Shown here one piece after another: positions 1 to 9,880 of a DNA stretch of 60,955 nt. The notes under the pieces were generated by a model, which was not told the origin of the DNA, did no database searches, and saw nothing but the letters and a program-made list of their open reading frames with translations. Within the stretch, counting starts at the first letter, position 1. Every line of letters begins with the position of its first letter. Location: the NCBI GenBank assembly GCA_029856155.1, contig JAHQWL010000013.1:1-60955 (forward strand). Reading direction: 5' to 3'. Position numbers and translations under genes: made by a program. This DNA comes from Promethearchaeia archaeon. Lineage in GTDB: Archaea; Asgardarchaeota; Lokiarchaeia; Sigyniarchaeales; SOKP01.

Positions 1-2
1 TT

Positions 3-1607
3 GGATTAGATTGCTCAACTCAAAGTTTGACGGGTATTATAGTTGATTTTAATTTAAAAAAAATAGTATATAGGAATAGTATCAACTTTGATGAAGAATT
101 ATCCCATTATAATACACATAATGGAGCAATAATCTTAGATAATGAAAAAGTCGTTCATTCATATCCCCTTATGTGGGTAGAGGCTCTAGAATTACTGTTT
201 GAAAAAATGCAAAATAATAAGAGAGCTCTTTTTGAAATTAAAGCCATTTCCGGTTCAGGACAACAACATGGAACAGTATATTTAAATAGTGATTTTGTAA
301 AAACCCTTAAGCGATTAGATGCTGATAACTCATTAGTAATTCAATTAAAGAGCTCATTTTCTCGTCCAACAAGTCCTATATGGATGGATTCGAGTACTAC
401 TAAACAATGTGAAGAAATTCGCAAAAAATTAGGGGGATTAAAATCTACGATAAATTTATTGGGTTCGAATACCATTGAACGCTTTTCTGGACCTCAAATT
501 CGAAAATTTTTTCAAGAGTATCCTTTATTATACGAGAAAACCTCAATCATTCATTTAGTCAGTTCTTTTATAGCTTCAATTCTGTTAGGAAAAAATGCTT
601 CTATCGATCATGGTGATGGAGCTGGAATGAATTTAATGAATATAAAAACTAAACAATGGGATGAGAGAGCTTTAAAAGCAACAGCACCTAATTTAAGAGA
701 AAGATTACCTCCGCTTTCGCAACCATATAGTATAATTGGAAAAATATCATCTTATTTTATAGAGAAATTTGGATTTAATCCAAATACTAATCTGATAGCT
801 TGGTCAGGTGATAATCCGAATAGCCTTATTGGTGTTGGATTAATTAAAAAGGGAAAAGTAGGAATAAGTCTTGGAACGAGCGACACATATTTTAGCTATT
901 TACAAGATTTATATCTTGATCTTAAAGGTGAGGGTCATGTATTTGGAGCCCCGACAGGAGATTATATGAGTTTAATTTGCTATAAAAACGGTTCATTGGC
1001 ACGAGAGAAAATAAAAAATAAATTTCATCTTAATTGGGAAAAATTCTCTGAAATTTTGGAAAAATCACTGCCTGGAAATAATGGAAAACTAATGTTGCCT
1101 TACTTTTTTCCTGAAATTGTCCCACATGTATTAGAACCAAAAGTGTATCGATTTGGCTTTGATGAGAACGATATAGAAGGGAATATTAGAGGAATAATTG
1201 AAGCACAATTCTTGTCCATGAGACTTCATTCAAAATGGATCGGTGAAAAACCTTTAGAGATTTATGCAACGGGAGGTGCTTCTGCAAATAAAGATATTCT
1301 TCAAGTTTTAGCAAATATTTTCAAAACAAAAGTACGAGTATTTGAATTTACAGATTCAGCAGCTTTAGGTGCAGTATTCAGGGCTGCAAAATCCTATTAT
1401 GATTCTATAAATATAATAAAGAGTTGGGAAGATATTGTGAATAAATTTATAGATTTGGAACGTAGTATTGTTGTTGTTCCAAATGAGAAATACTTCCAAT
1501 TATACGATGATATGCTTGAACTTTATAAAAAATTTGAAGAATTTATTTTAAATAAAGGAAAAAATCCTGAAATAGCTCGCTTACAATTTATTAAAAAGTA
1601 TTTTTAA
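3..1607 (+). CDS. xylB: Xylulokinase (FGGY family, eukaryote-type); 5' end cut by window edge
   Basis: The frame is open from nt 3 (GLDCSTQSLTG). Motifs SGSGQQHG, SPIWMDSST, ERFSGPQIRK, LVSSF, GDNP, SLGTSDT and TGGASAN are typical of eukaryote-type xylulose kinases. Confidence 0.85.
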   Translation, partial: GLDCSTQSLTGIIVDFNLKKIVYRNSINFDEELSHYNTHNGAIILDNEKVVHSYPLMWVEALELLFEKMQNNKRALFEIKAISGSGQQHGTVYLNSDFVKTLKRLDADNSLVIQLKSSFSRPTSPIWMDSSTTKQCEEIRKKLGGLKSTINLLGSNTIERFSGPQIRKFFQEYPLLYEKTSIIHLVSSFIASILLGKNASIDHGDGAGMNLMNIKTKQWDERALKATAPNLRERLPPLSQPYSIIGKISSYFIEKFGFNPNTNLIAWSGDNPNSLIGVGLIKKGKVGISLGTSDTYFSYLQDLYLDLKGEGHVFGAPTGDYMSLICYKNGSLAREKIKNKFHLNWEKFSEILEKSLPGNNGKLMLPYFFPEIVPHVLEPKVYRFGFDENDIEGNIRGIIEAQFLSMRLHSKWIGEKPLEIYATGGASANKDILQVLANIFKTKVRVFEFTDSAALGAVFRAAKSYYDSINIIKSWEDIVNKFIDLERSIVVVPNEKYFQLYDDMLELYKKFEEFILNKGKNPEIARLQFIKKYF

Positions 1608-1686
1608 CTTAATAATTTGAACTTATAAAGAATAATTAATAAAGGAGATTTTATAGTATAAGCAATTAATTTAAAGAGGAGAATAA

Positions 1687-4554
1687 TTGAAAATAATAAA
1701 TAATGGAATAATTAAGGATTCTTATGACGTGGTGGTTGTAGGTGCTGGTATTGGCGGTATTACTGCTGGAGCGCTACTTGCTAATAAAGGTTTAGACGTC
1801 TTAGTGGTAGAACAACATTATATTCCTGGAGGAGTTTGTTCATCTGTAAAACGTAAGGGATTTGCAATGGATGCTGGGGCAGCAATGTTATTTGGATGGG
1901 GTGAAGGTCCATCTCCACATCGTTTCGTTATGAATGAGATAGAAGAAGAAATTGATATGATCCCACATGATTGCTACTATAGAATGCATTTTGGGGATAC
2001 TTCTGTTACGTTTTGGAAGGATTTCAACCGTTTTTTTAAGGAATTATGTGCTGCATTTCCAGGAAAAGAAGAACAATTAAAAGGATTCTATGATCATACT
2101 CGTAAAATTTACGATGACTTGATGAAATCACCAATGCCGATGTCTCCTGACACAATGCCACTTAAATTGGCATTAAAAATGTTTTTTAGACATCCAATGA
2201 TTACAATGAGATTACGAAAATACATGAATAGCTCTTTGAAAGAAATACTTGATTTATATGTGAAAGACCCAGAAATTGAGGGATTATTTGATTTACTTAT
2301 TGCTACGTGTTATTGCACCACCATTGAGGAAACACCTCAATTATTAGCAGCACCAATTGTTTGGGAAACTTTCTATGGGGGTGCTTGCTATCCAGCAGGA
2401 TCACCACAGATGTTTCCTAACATACTTGAAAAAGGAATGGAAAAAAATGGTGGTCAGATATTATATCGTCATATGGTCGAAGAAATACTCCTTGATAATG
2501 GCAAGGTTTATGGAGTTCAACTCGATGATGGGACAAAAATAAGTGCTAATTTTGTAATTTCTGATGCAACAATATGGAATCTTTACGGGAAACTCATTAA
2601 ACCTAAGCATATTACACCTGAACGATTAAAATGGGCTCAGAGTTTTGTACCTACATATAGTTGTGTGGTATTATTAATGGGTGTAGATGCAGAAGTCTTA
2701 CCTGAAGATACAAATGCTATTGAAGTCCTTATCGGGGATCTAACTGAATTATCTAAAAATAATTACTTCTTATATCTTCCATCTATTGATGATCCGTCCA
2801 TTTGTCCAGAAGGAACTCATTCAATATCGGTGTTATGTTCTACTGGAGATTATGATTGGCCACGACCAGACGATCCTCGATATCAAAGTGAAGAATATAT
2901 AAAAATGAAGGAGAAATTTGCTGATGAAGTGCTTGATGTTATAGAAACCAAATTTCCCGGTATAAAAGATCACATCATAACTTTAGATGTCGCTACACCT
3001 GGAACCACTGAGCGTTTTACTCAAAGAAATTTTGGTAATATTGGAGGTCCAAAACAAATGTTAGGACAACACATATTAAATCGATTAGGTGCTCGTACAG
3101 AATTTAAAAACCTTTACTGTGTTGGAGATTCTACCACTATGGGTGAAGGCGTAGTTTCAGTTACAAGTTCAGCTATTGGTGCTGTTAACATGATACTAAA
3201 AGATTTAAAAATGAAACAATATTTGCCACGAAAGTATTCTAAAGAGTATATTAATCATGTAAAGGGAAAAACAAAAATTCAGATGCCATTGATAAAGGAA
3301 AATTTTACAGAAGCTACAGCTAAACGCGCTTCAATTGAATGTCAATGGTGTGAAGATGCTAAATGCATGAAAAAATGTCCAGCGGGGATAGATGTACTAA
3401 ATTTCATTCGGCGTATTGAAGTAGGAAACTATGAGGGAGCTGTACGACATATGCGTGAAATGAATCCACTAGCAGAAATCTGTGGTCAAGTGTGTCCTGC
3501 AGAAAATCTATGTGAATCAGAATGTTATCACCTTGATTATGCTGATGAGCCTACGCGAATAAAAAAACTTCAAGCATGGGTATGTAAACAAGCGGATACT
3601 AAGGGTTGGGACTTATATGTTTCAAAGAACAATGGCATAAAGATAGCTATAATAGGTGCTGGACCAGCAGGATTATCATGTGCTCACTTTTTAGCACGAT
3701 TGGGTTATAATATTGACATTTTCGAGAAAGAGAATAAAATTGGAGGTGTACCTACATTATACATCCCCTCCTTTAGACTTACTGATGAAGTGTTAAATAG
3801 GGAACTTAAAGGAATTATATCATATCCAAATATCGATATAAAATTTGGAAAAGAACTTGGTAAAAATATAATGATCTCTGATCTTTCAAAGGATTATAGT
3901 GCGGCATTTTTAGCACCAGGATTACATTCAGGTCGAAAATTACAGCTACCCGGAATAGAGAATGTTAATGTTGTTGATGCTTTATCTCTTCTCAAGGAAT
4001 ATAAGCAAAATGGAAAATATGTTATTACTGGGAAAGTATTAATTATTGGAGGTGGGAGTGTGGCTGCTGATGCTGCTAATATAGCATTGAAGTGTGGTGC
4101 TGAGAACGTCACTATGGTTTGTCTTGAATCCGATAACGAGATGCCTTGCTTGAAGAGTGAAAAGGAAGAACTAAAGGAATTTGGTGTTCAAATCCTTAAT
4201 TCCTGGGGTCCCAAAGAGATTTATGGAAATAAACTTGTTCTTGTATATTGTAAATCTGTTTTTGATAGGGAAGGAAAATTCTGTCCTGAATTTGATGATT
4301 CAAAAACCACTGAAATTGAGATCGATACTATTATTATAGCGATCGGACAAGAAATAGAGTCACCCCTCGGAGTATATTTAGAAAAAGAGTTTGGTAAAGG
4401 ACTGATTAAAGTAAACGAAAAAACACAGTTAATTGAAGGTCGATTAAATATATATGCTGGCGGAGATATAGTGCATGGAGCTGGAACGGTAGTTACCTCT
4501 GTAGCAGATGGAAGACGTGCTGCGATAACGATAGATGAACAATTAAAAAAATAA
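1687..4554 (+). CDS. Fusion of a phytoene desaturase/CrtISO/RetSat-like FAD oxidoreductase with a GltD/DPD-like Fe-S flavoprotein
   Basis: N-half has GAGIGG...VVEQHYIPGG and NLYCVGDS. C-half has CQWCEDAKCMKKCP, NPLAEICGQVCP, GAGPAGLS, IIGGGSVAAD and YAGGDIVHG. Confidence 0.8.
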   Translation: MKIINNGIIKDSYDVVVVGAGIGGITAGALLANKGLDVLVVEQHYIPGGVCSSVKRKGFAMDAGAAMLFGWGEGPSPHRFVMNEIEEEIDMIPHDCYYRMHFGDTSVTFWKDFNRFFKELCAAFPGKEEQLKGFYDHTRKIYDDLMKSPMPMSPDTMPLKLALKMFFRHPMITMRLRKYMNSSLKEILDLYVKDPEIEGLFDLLIATCYCTTIEETPQLLAAPIVWETFYGGACYPAGSPQMFPNILEKGMEKNGGQILYRHMVEEILLDNGKVYGVQLDDGTKISANFVISDATIWNLYGKLIKPKHITPERLKWAQSFVPTYSCVVLLMGVDAEVLPEDTNAIEVLIGDLTELSKNNYFLYLPSIDDPSICPEGTHSISVLCSTGDYDWPRPDDPRYQSEEYIKMKEKFADEVLDVIETKFPGIKDHIITLDVATPGTTERFTQRNFGNIGGPKQMLGQHILNRLGARTEFKNLYCVGDSTTMGEGVVSVTSSAIGAVNMILKDLKMKQYLPRKYSKEYINHVKGKTKIQMPLIKENFTEATAKRASIECQWCEDAKCMKKCPAGIDVLNFIRRIEVGNYEGAVRHMREMNPLAEICGQVCPAENLCESECYHLDYADEPTRIKKLQAWVCKQADTKGWDLYVSKNNGIKIAIIGAGPAGLSCAHFLARLGYNIDIFEKENKIGGVPTLYIPSFRLTDEVLNRELKGIISYPNIDIKFGKELGKNIMISDLSKDYSAAFLAPGLHSGRKLQLPGIENVNVVDALSLLKEYKQNGKYVITGKVLIIGGGSVAADAANIALKCGAENVTMVCLESDNEMPCLKSEKEELKEFGVQILNSWGPKEIYGNKLVLVYCKSVFDREGKFCPEFDDSKTTEIEIDTIIIAIGQEIESPLGVYLEKEFGKGLIKVNEKTQLIEGRLNIYAGGDIVHGAGTVVTSVADGRRAAITIDEQLKK

Positions 4555-4780
4555 TACTCTTCACATATTTTTTAATTTTATTTGTGAATGTTTTTGTTCT
4601 ATTCCAAAGGAAGATGATATGACTAGTTTATTATTTAAGTGTATTATTATTTAAGTGCAATTAAACCAAACTACTAATTTCTTAATGAAAACATCAAAAC
4701 TGAAGAGTTATGAAATTTTTATATGAAAATTAAAAAAAGAAAAAAAATTTTTAAATTAATTTTAGCCCATTAAATATAGT

Positions 4781-4999
4781 TTATTTGTATTTAATTGACA
4801 GGAGTAAATCGTTCTTTGTTATTTTCTTCCGGTTTGCATGCATCGTGAATGTTCTTGCTTGTTCAGTTAAAGCAGAAGCAGTTTTTTCTAAATGATCAAT
4901 TAATAAATCAACTGCATTACGAGCTACAATACTAGCACCCTGTTGCTTCATCAATCGACGAATTGGGCTCCATGCGAAAGAATGTTTCTTTTTAGCCAT
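4781..4999 (-). CDS. Archaeal histone (HMf-like fold)
   Basis: 72 aa with SPIRRLMK...GA..VA..AV and HANRKKITKNDL histone-fold signature. Confidence 0.9.
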   Translation of the reverse strand: MAKKKHSFAWSPIRRLMKQQGASIVARNAVDLLIDHLEKTASALTEQARTFTMHANRKKITKNDLLLSIKYK

Positions 5000-5802
5000 T
5001 TTTTATTCCTCCAACTTTTTTAGTCAAAATTTTAAAAATTTAAATTTTTAATTTTTTTTGAAGTTATTAATAAAGTTTCTTAGATAATATAATATGTGAA
5101 GAGTTATTTAAATGTTATGGCAAATCAGAAGACTGTGATGAGTTAAATAAAAAAAAAATCACGACAAAAAATTTTTATTATAAAAAATTGTCCATCATCT
5201 GTGATCACTCAATGGTTGATCATGTTAAAAATATGAAATGTTTTTGTTAGTATGACCATTATTCAAATATTAATTTTGGCAAAATTGGTTTTTATCTTAG
5301 TTTGGCTATGATTTAGTGGCGAATTAAGAAAAATATAATTGATAAAAGTGATCCGAAACAAATGTTAATATCATCAATTATGTGATCATATTATGGTCAA
5401 CCCGTCAAAAAAGATATGTTGATTTTTATAGAAACAAAATTATTCCAATAACAATTATGAATAAACCATCTTTATTGTAGTTTTTATAATGATTCAATGG
5501 TGAATTAAAAAATTTTTAATTAAAAAAAATAATCCCTTTTGAATTATTTAGGGTTACTTATTTGATCATATCAATTAAGGCATATTAAAATTAATAAGTA
5601 AAAATTAATTTTAATCTGGAGATTATAGGGTTGATTGAAATATTATCAATGATAAGTTAATTATGAGAATGAAAAAGTTGGATTTTTAGGGGAAAAAGGT
5701 AAAATTTTATAATTTAAAAGAAAAATTTTAATTAATTTTGATTATTTATATTATCAAAATATAACCTATTAATTCAATAATTTAGATTTTAAGAGGATTA
5801 AA

Positions 5803-6423
5803 ATGTCGGAACAGCAGATTATGGTCCCCGGGGCTGTAGGAGTAGCTATCAAATGTAAAGATGGAGTTGTGCTTGGAAACGACCGTCGAGCCACATGGGG
5901 CTATACAGTTACAAATAAATCAACACAAAAAGTGTTTAAAATAACAGAATACATTGGTTTAGCTGCATATGGTTTGATTGGTGATTTTCAGATTCTTGTT
6001 AGAATTCTGCGAGCGCAAGCAAATCTCTATGAATTAGAGACGGGAGAACGAATTTCAACAAAAAGTATGGGAAAGATGGTTTCAAATTACCTTTACTCGC
6101 GTAAAATGGCTCCTTTATATACAAATTTGGTGATAGCTGGAATGGATAAAGATGGACCCATATTGTACACACTCGATGCGCTTGGTTCACTTATGGAAGA
6201 TGATTATGGAACTGCTGGAACAGGGATGTTACTTTCAATTGGTATTTTAGAAGCAGATTATAAGAAAGACATAACAGTTGCGCAAGGAGAGAAGCTTGTT
6301 GAGAAAGCAATTAGAAATTCAATTAAACGAGATGCTATGACTGGAAATGGAATAGATCTCTTAACTATAACAGCTGAAGGATCTAAAGAGAAATTTTTTG
6401 AGATTAAAGAAATGGGAGAATAA
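5803..6423 (+). CDS. psmB: Proteasome beta subunit, apparently lacking the catalytic Thr1
   Basis: VAIKCKDGVVLGNDRRAT, KVFKI, GLIGDFQ, RDAMTGNGID. Confidence 0.92.
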   Translation: MSEQQIMVPGAVGVAIKCKDGVVLGNDRRATWGYTVTNKSTQKVFKITEYIGLAAYGLIGDFQILVRILRAQANLYELETGERISTKSMGKMVSNYLYSRKMAPLYTNLVIAGMDKDGPILYTLDALGSLMEDDYGTAGTGMLLSIGILEADYKKDITVAQGEKLVEKAIRNSIKRDAMTGNGIDLLTITAEGSKEKFFEIKEMGE

Positions 6424-6539
6424 TTGCTCAAACTCCTTGTTTTTGTATTTCAGATAATCTACTTTTAATCAATAATAATTTATTATATGAAAGCTTACTA
6501 ATTATTAGATACTTAACGCTAATAACGGGTCAAATCAAG

Positions 6540-8591
6540 TTGAATTTTTCACATAATACCTTTGATGATACTAGAGAGATCCTTGGTTTTAGTAAAGATG
6601 AGATTTTAGAAATTAAAGATACACTTGGAAAGCTTAAAGCTGAAGACGGTGGGGAAGATAAGATAGATAACTTTGTAAAATCAAAGTTAAATCTTTCTAA
6701 TGAATTATTAGATCAATATTCAACTTATTTAAAAGACATAACTAATTTTACAGAACACTATTTTTTGTCTAGCACAAGTTCAGATTTTTTTTATTTAAAA
6801 ACAGAAATATTGAATGAAATAAGAATTATAACTGATAATTTACAGAATCTTAACTCAAATACAAGAAATATTAAAAGAATAACAAAAAATAGTACTCTCT
6901 TAGAGGTTTCATTAAAACGAATAGAAGATCTTCTTATGGAAAGTACCCATATAGGTTCCAAGTTACAGGAATCTATTAAAGAGATTAAAACGATTCAAGA
7001 AGATACTACGAAATTATGGATAGAAATTAACAGAATTAAAAATTTACATTTTAAATTAAATGAGATTCCTCATACTTTAGAAGATTGGAATGAACTTAAA
7101 GAACTTGTTATTTTTATTAATAGTTTAAATGAGGTATTCTTAAGCAAAAGAAAAAAAGATAAAACTGAGAAGATTTTAACTGTTCATTTTGATGATATTT
7201 ATCAATTTTTTCTCTCTAAAGATGAACATAAAATTAATTATTATTCTGATTTAATATATCTGTTGTATTCAAAAAACATTCTTGAGCCATATCAAGGAGA
7301 AGAATTCATTAATATACTTGAAAGGAAAGAAGTAATAAAAAGTTTAACAGATTTCATACGTCCTCTACTTATACAACTAATTACGGATAAATTGCATGAT
7401 ATAATAATTGAAATTGAGGAATTTAATATAAAAGAAAAGGATTTAAATATAAATTTAGACACTTTAAAAGATCAGAAGATTAGTGAATTTCTACCAAAAT
7501 TAGTTGACTATTATATTATTAGTTTGGAAAAAGGATTCCAAGAGAAAATACACAATATAATAGAAACAGATAAGTTTGAAGATATTGCTAATTTTTATTA
7601 CCAGAAAATTGAGAATTTTTCGTCAATACTTTATGACATTGAAGATTGGGCATTACGCATTGAGCCTCTTCTCAAACCTTATGAAAATATTACAACGGGA
7701 TTACGAAAGATTTTTTCAAATTTAACTTCTGAAATTTTTCGTAGAAAGAATGAGTATCTATCTTTTATTAAAACGGTAAAAGATGAAGAATTAAGAGTTG
7801 AAATAAGAAAGTATGTTTCGGATAAAATCTCAGAAGTCAATGATTTAATAAGATCTTACGAAGATGAGGCATCACTCATTATTAAGGAAGAATTTCCACA
7901 ATTAAAAAGAATTAAAGAGATTTTAAATGACTACCATCAACAAATCCAAAATATTAAAGATGATGTCTTTAAGAAATTGAATTCTATGAAATCAAATGAT
8001 ATTGATATATATCAAGTTATAAAATTTTGGGAAGAGAGTTTAAATCGTAAAAAACAACAGCTAACATTTCTGATATCACTACTTCTTAACAAATTATTTA
8101 AAAGCTTTAAAGAACTAATTGAAAAAGAGGGAATTCTGTTTGCCACAATTACTGAAATTACAGAGCAAACCGAAAATTTCGAGGGACTACCTCTTAACTT
8201 TGCATTATCTTCCTTTCTTGCAGAGAAACTGAGTGAAGAAGAATTAAAAGAAAGGATTTCAGAGATAAAATCTAAGATTAATCAATTAAGTAATTCTTTA
8301 GGTCTTTATCAAGTAGAAGTATCAAAATTGGAAACAATTCTAGCGAATCGAGTAAAAATTAGAAAGGGAATATCTAGATCTGATGTTCAATGTACAGTTT
8401 GTCATAAATTTATTAATTTTGCTGATGATAGAGTAATTACTTGTCCTTTTTGCGCAAGCACATATCATTATTTATGTGTTGCGTATTGGCTTTCAAAATA
8501 TAACTCATGTCCAATGTGCCAAAATAATTTTCTTGAGCCTCATTCAGATCTCTTTGAGAATGAAGAAGACGAAGAATTAGAAAGATATTAA
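6540..8591 (+). CDS. Long helical/coiled-coil protein with C-terminal RING-type (C4HC3) finger; putative E3 ligase
   Basis: CTVC-x13-CPFC-x4-H-x2-C-x3-W...CPMC at the C-terminus. Confidence 0.7.
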   Translation: MNFSHNTFDDTREILGFSKDEILEIKDTLGKLKAEDGGEDKIDNFVKSKLNLSNELLDQYSTYLKDITNFTEHYFLSSTSSDFFYLKTEILNEIRIITDNLQNLNSNTRNIKRITKNSTLLEVSLKRIEDLLMESTHIGSKLQESIKEIKTIQEDTTKLWIEINRIKNLHFKLNEIPHTLEDWNELKELVIFINSLNEVFLSKRKKDKTEKILTVHFDDIYQFFLSKDEHKINYYSDLIYLLYSKNILEPYQGEEFINILERKEVIKSLTDFIRPLLIQLITDKLHDIIIEIEEFNIKEKDLNINLDTLKDQKISEFLPKLVDYYIISLEKGFQEKIHNIIETDKFEDIANFYYQKIENFSSILYDIEDWALRIEPLLKPYENITTGLRKIFSNLTSEIFRRKNEYLSFIKTVKDEELRVEIRKYVSDKISEVNDLIRSYEDEASLIIKEEFPQLKRIKEILNDYHQQIQNIKDDVFKKLNSMKSNDIDIYQVIKFWEESLNRKKQQLTFLISLLLNKLFKSFKELIEKEGILFATITEITEQTENFEGLPLNFALSSFLAEKLSEEELKERISEIKSKINQLSNSLGLYQVEVSKLETILANRVKIRKGISRSDVQCTVCHKFINFADDRVITCPFCASTYHYLCVAYWLSKYNSCPMCQNNFLEPHSDLFENEEDEELERY

Positions 8592-8647
8592 AGAGACTAT
8601 TTTTTTTTAATTCGCTACTTATTAAGAAATTCAAGCAAATGTTATAT

Positions 8648-9301
8648 TCATGCACTTGGAGGGAAGATTATTATATTAAACATTAAATAAATACCAAAAA
8701 TTATCATAAAGCCTCCACATACGATCAAAACGTATTTATAAACCTTAGGATTCAAAGATTTCCCACCAAGATACACGAACACTGATATTGGTACATACCA
8801 AACAAAATCACCTAATTCATGTCCAACAAAAAATAATATTAATCCTAGAGGATTAGCAAAAGTTATATTAAAGCTTACCAAAAGCGATAATCCAATAAAA
8901 GCCCACCAAAACTCCCAATATGGGTTAGATAAGCTCACAACAATCCCTCCAACAAAACTATTACCTTTAAAACCTTTAATATCTTCCTGAATTAAATCTT
9001 TGCTGAAATTTGTTTTATATACGTCTCTTACCACAAGAATCCCATACACAATCAGAAAAGTCCCCCCTATTACCCCGACTATCGTAAGGAAGATAATATT
9101 CTGAAAAAAAAACAATGCTCCTGCTAGCAAACCAATAATTAGAGCAAATTCGATTGTAGCATGCCCTAAAAGAATAAAAATAGCCGAAATATAACCTCTT
9201 TTTTGTTTAATAGATTTATATATGGTAAACGTTAATAAAGGTCCAGGGGATAATGCCCCGGTAAGAGCTACCAAAAAAGATATTAAAAAAATTTCAATCA
9301 T
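8648..9301 (-). CDS. LysE family translocator
   Basis: LSPGP, LGHA..E and SLSNPYW motifs; about 6 TM helices. Confidence 0.88.
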   Translation of the reverse strand: MIEIFLISFLVALTGALSPGPLLTFTIYKSIKQKRGYISAIFILLGHATIEFALIIGLLAGALFFFQNIIFLTIVGVIGGTFLIVYGILVVRDVYKTNFSKDLIQEDIKGFKGNSFVGGIVVSLSNPYWEFWWAFIGLSLLVSFNITFANPLGLILFFVGHELGDFVWYVPISVFVYLGGKSLNPKVYKYVLIVCGGFMIIFGIYLMFNIIIFPPSA

Positions 9302-9763
9302 TTAAATTCCGAATAATCGAATTACTACAACTATTATTATTATAACCGGAATTGTTAGCACTAAAATCCATGCGTACGTGTGAAGAAATCCCTTTCTAAC
9401 TGCCTTCACTCCTTCTTCCCACTTTTGTTGCGTCTTTTCTTGCCAGGTTCTAAAATCTTGTCCTATCTTTTGTTTATGAGCGTCCCATTGTTCTTTTGTT
9501 TCTAAGTTCCGTTTTTCGATATCTGCAGTCCATTTTGAAATCTGTTTATCCCAGTCTTCCTTAACTCCACTGAAGAATTTATTAACTTTATCTTTATTTT
9601 CTTCTAAAAATTCTTTATTTTTCGTTGATTGCTTTTCTAACGAAGTTTTAAAACTTTCAAAACCATCTGTGATTCCTCCAATAAAGTCTTGCCAGCCTTT
9701 TAAAGAGGGTTTTTCATCTACTTTTTCTTTTTCAGAATCCTTAAAATTATTTTCATTACTCAT
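9302..9763 (-). CDS. Tail-anchored protein with 11-mer amphipathic repeats
   Basis: Charged helical body and C-terminal TM (WILVLTIPVIIIIVVVI). Confidence 0.6.
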   Translation of the reverse strand: MSNENNFKDSEKEKVDEKPSLKGWQDFIGGITDGFESFKTSLEKQSTKNKEFLEENKDKVNKFFSGVKEDWDKQISKWTADIEKRNLETKEQWDAHKQKIGQDFRTWQEKTQQKWEEGVKAVRKGFLHTYAWILVLTIPVIIIIVVVIRLFGI

Positions 9764-9880
9764 ATTTTTCTTTTAATTCATTCTAATATTTAAATTCAGT
9801 AAATAAATTTCAATTACTTTCCAAAATTATTTATTCATAGATAAGTTTCTTTATAATTTTTAAAAAGTGTTCTATAAATT

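Noticed and set aside
5000-5802. CRISPR array or structured RNA gene in the long intergenic gap
   Set aside because: There are no regularly spaced repeats and no GC-rich stems or tRNA-like fold.
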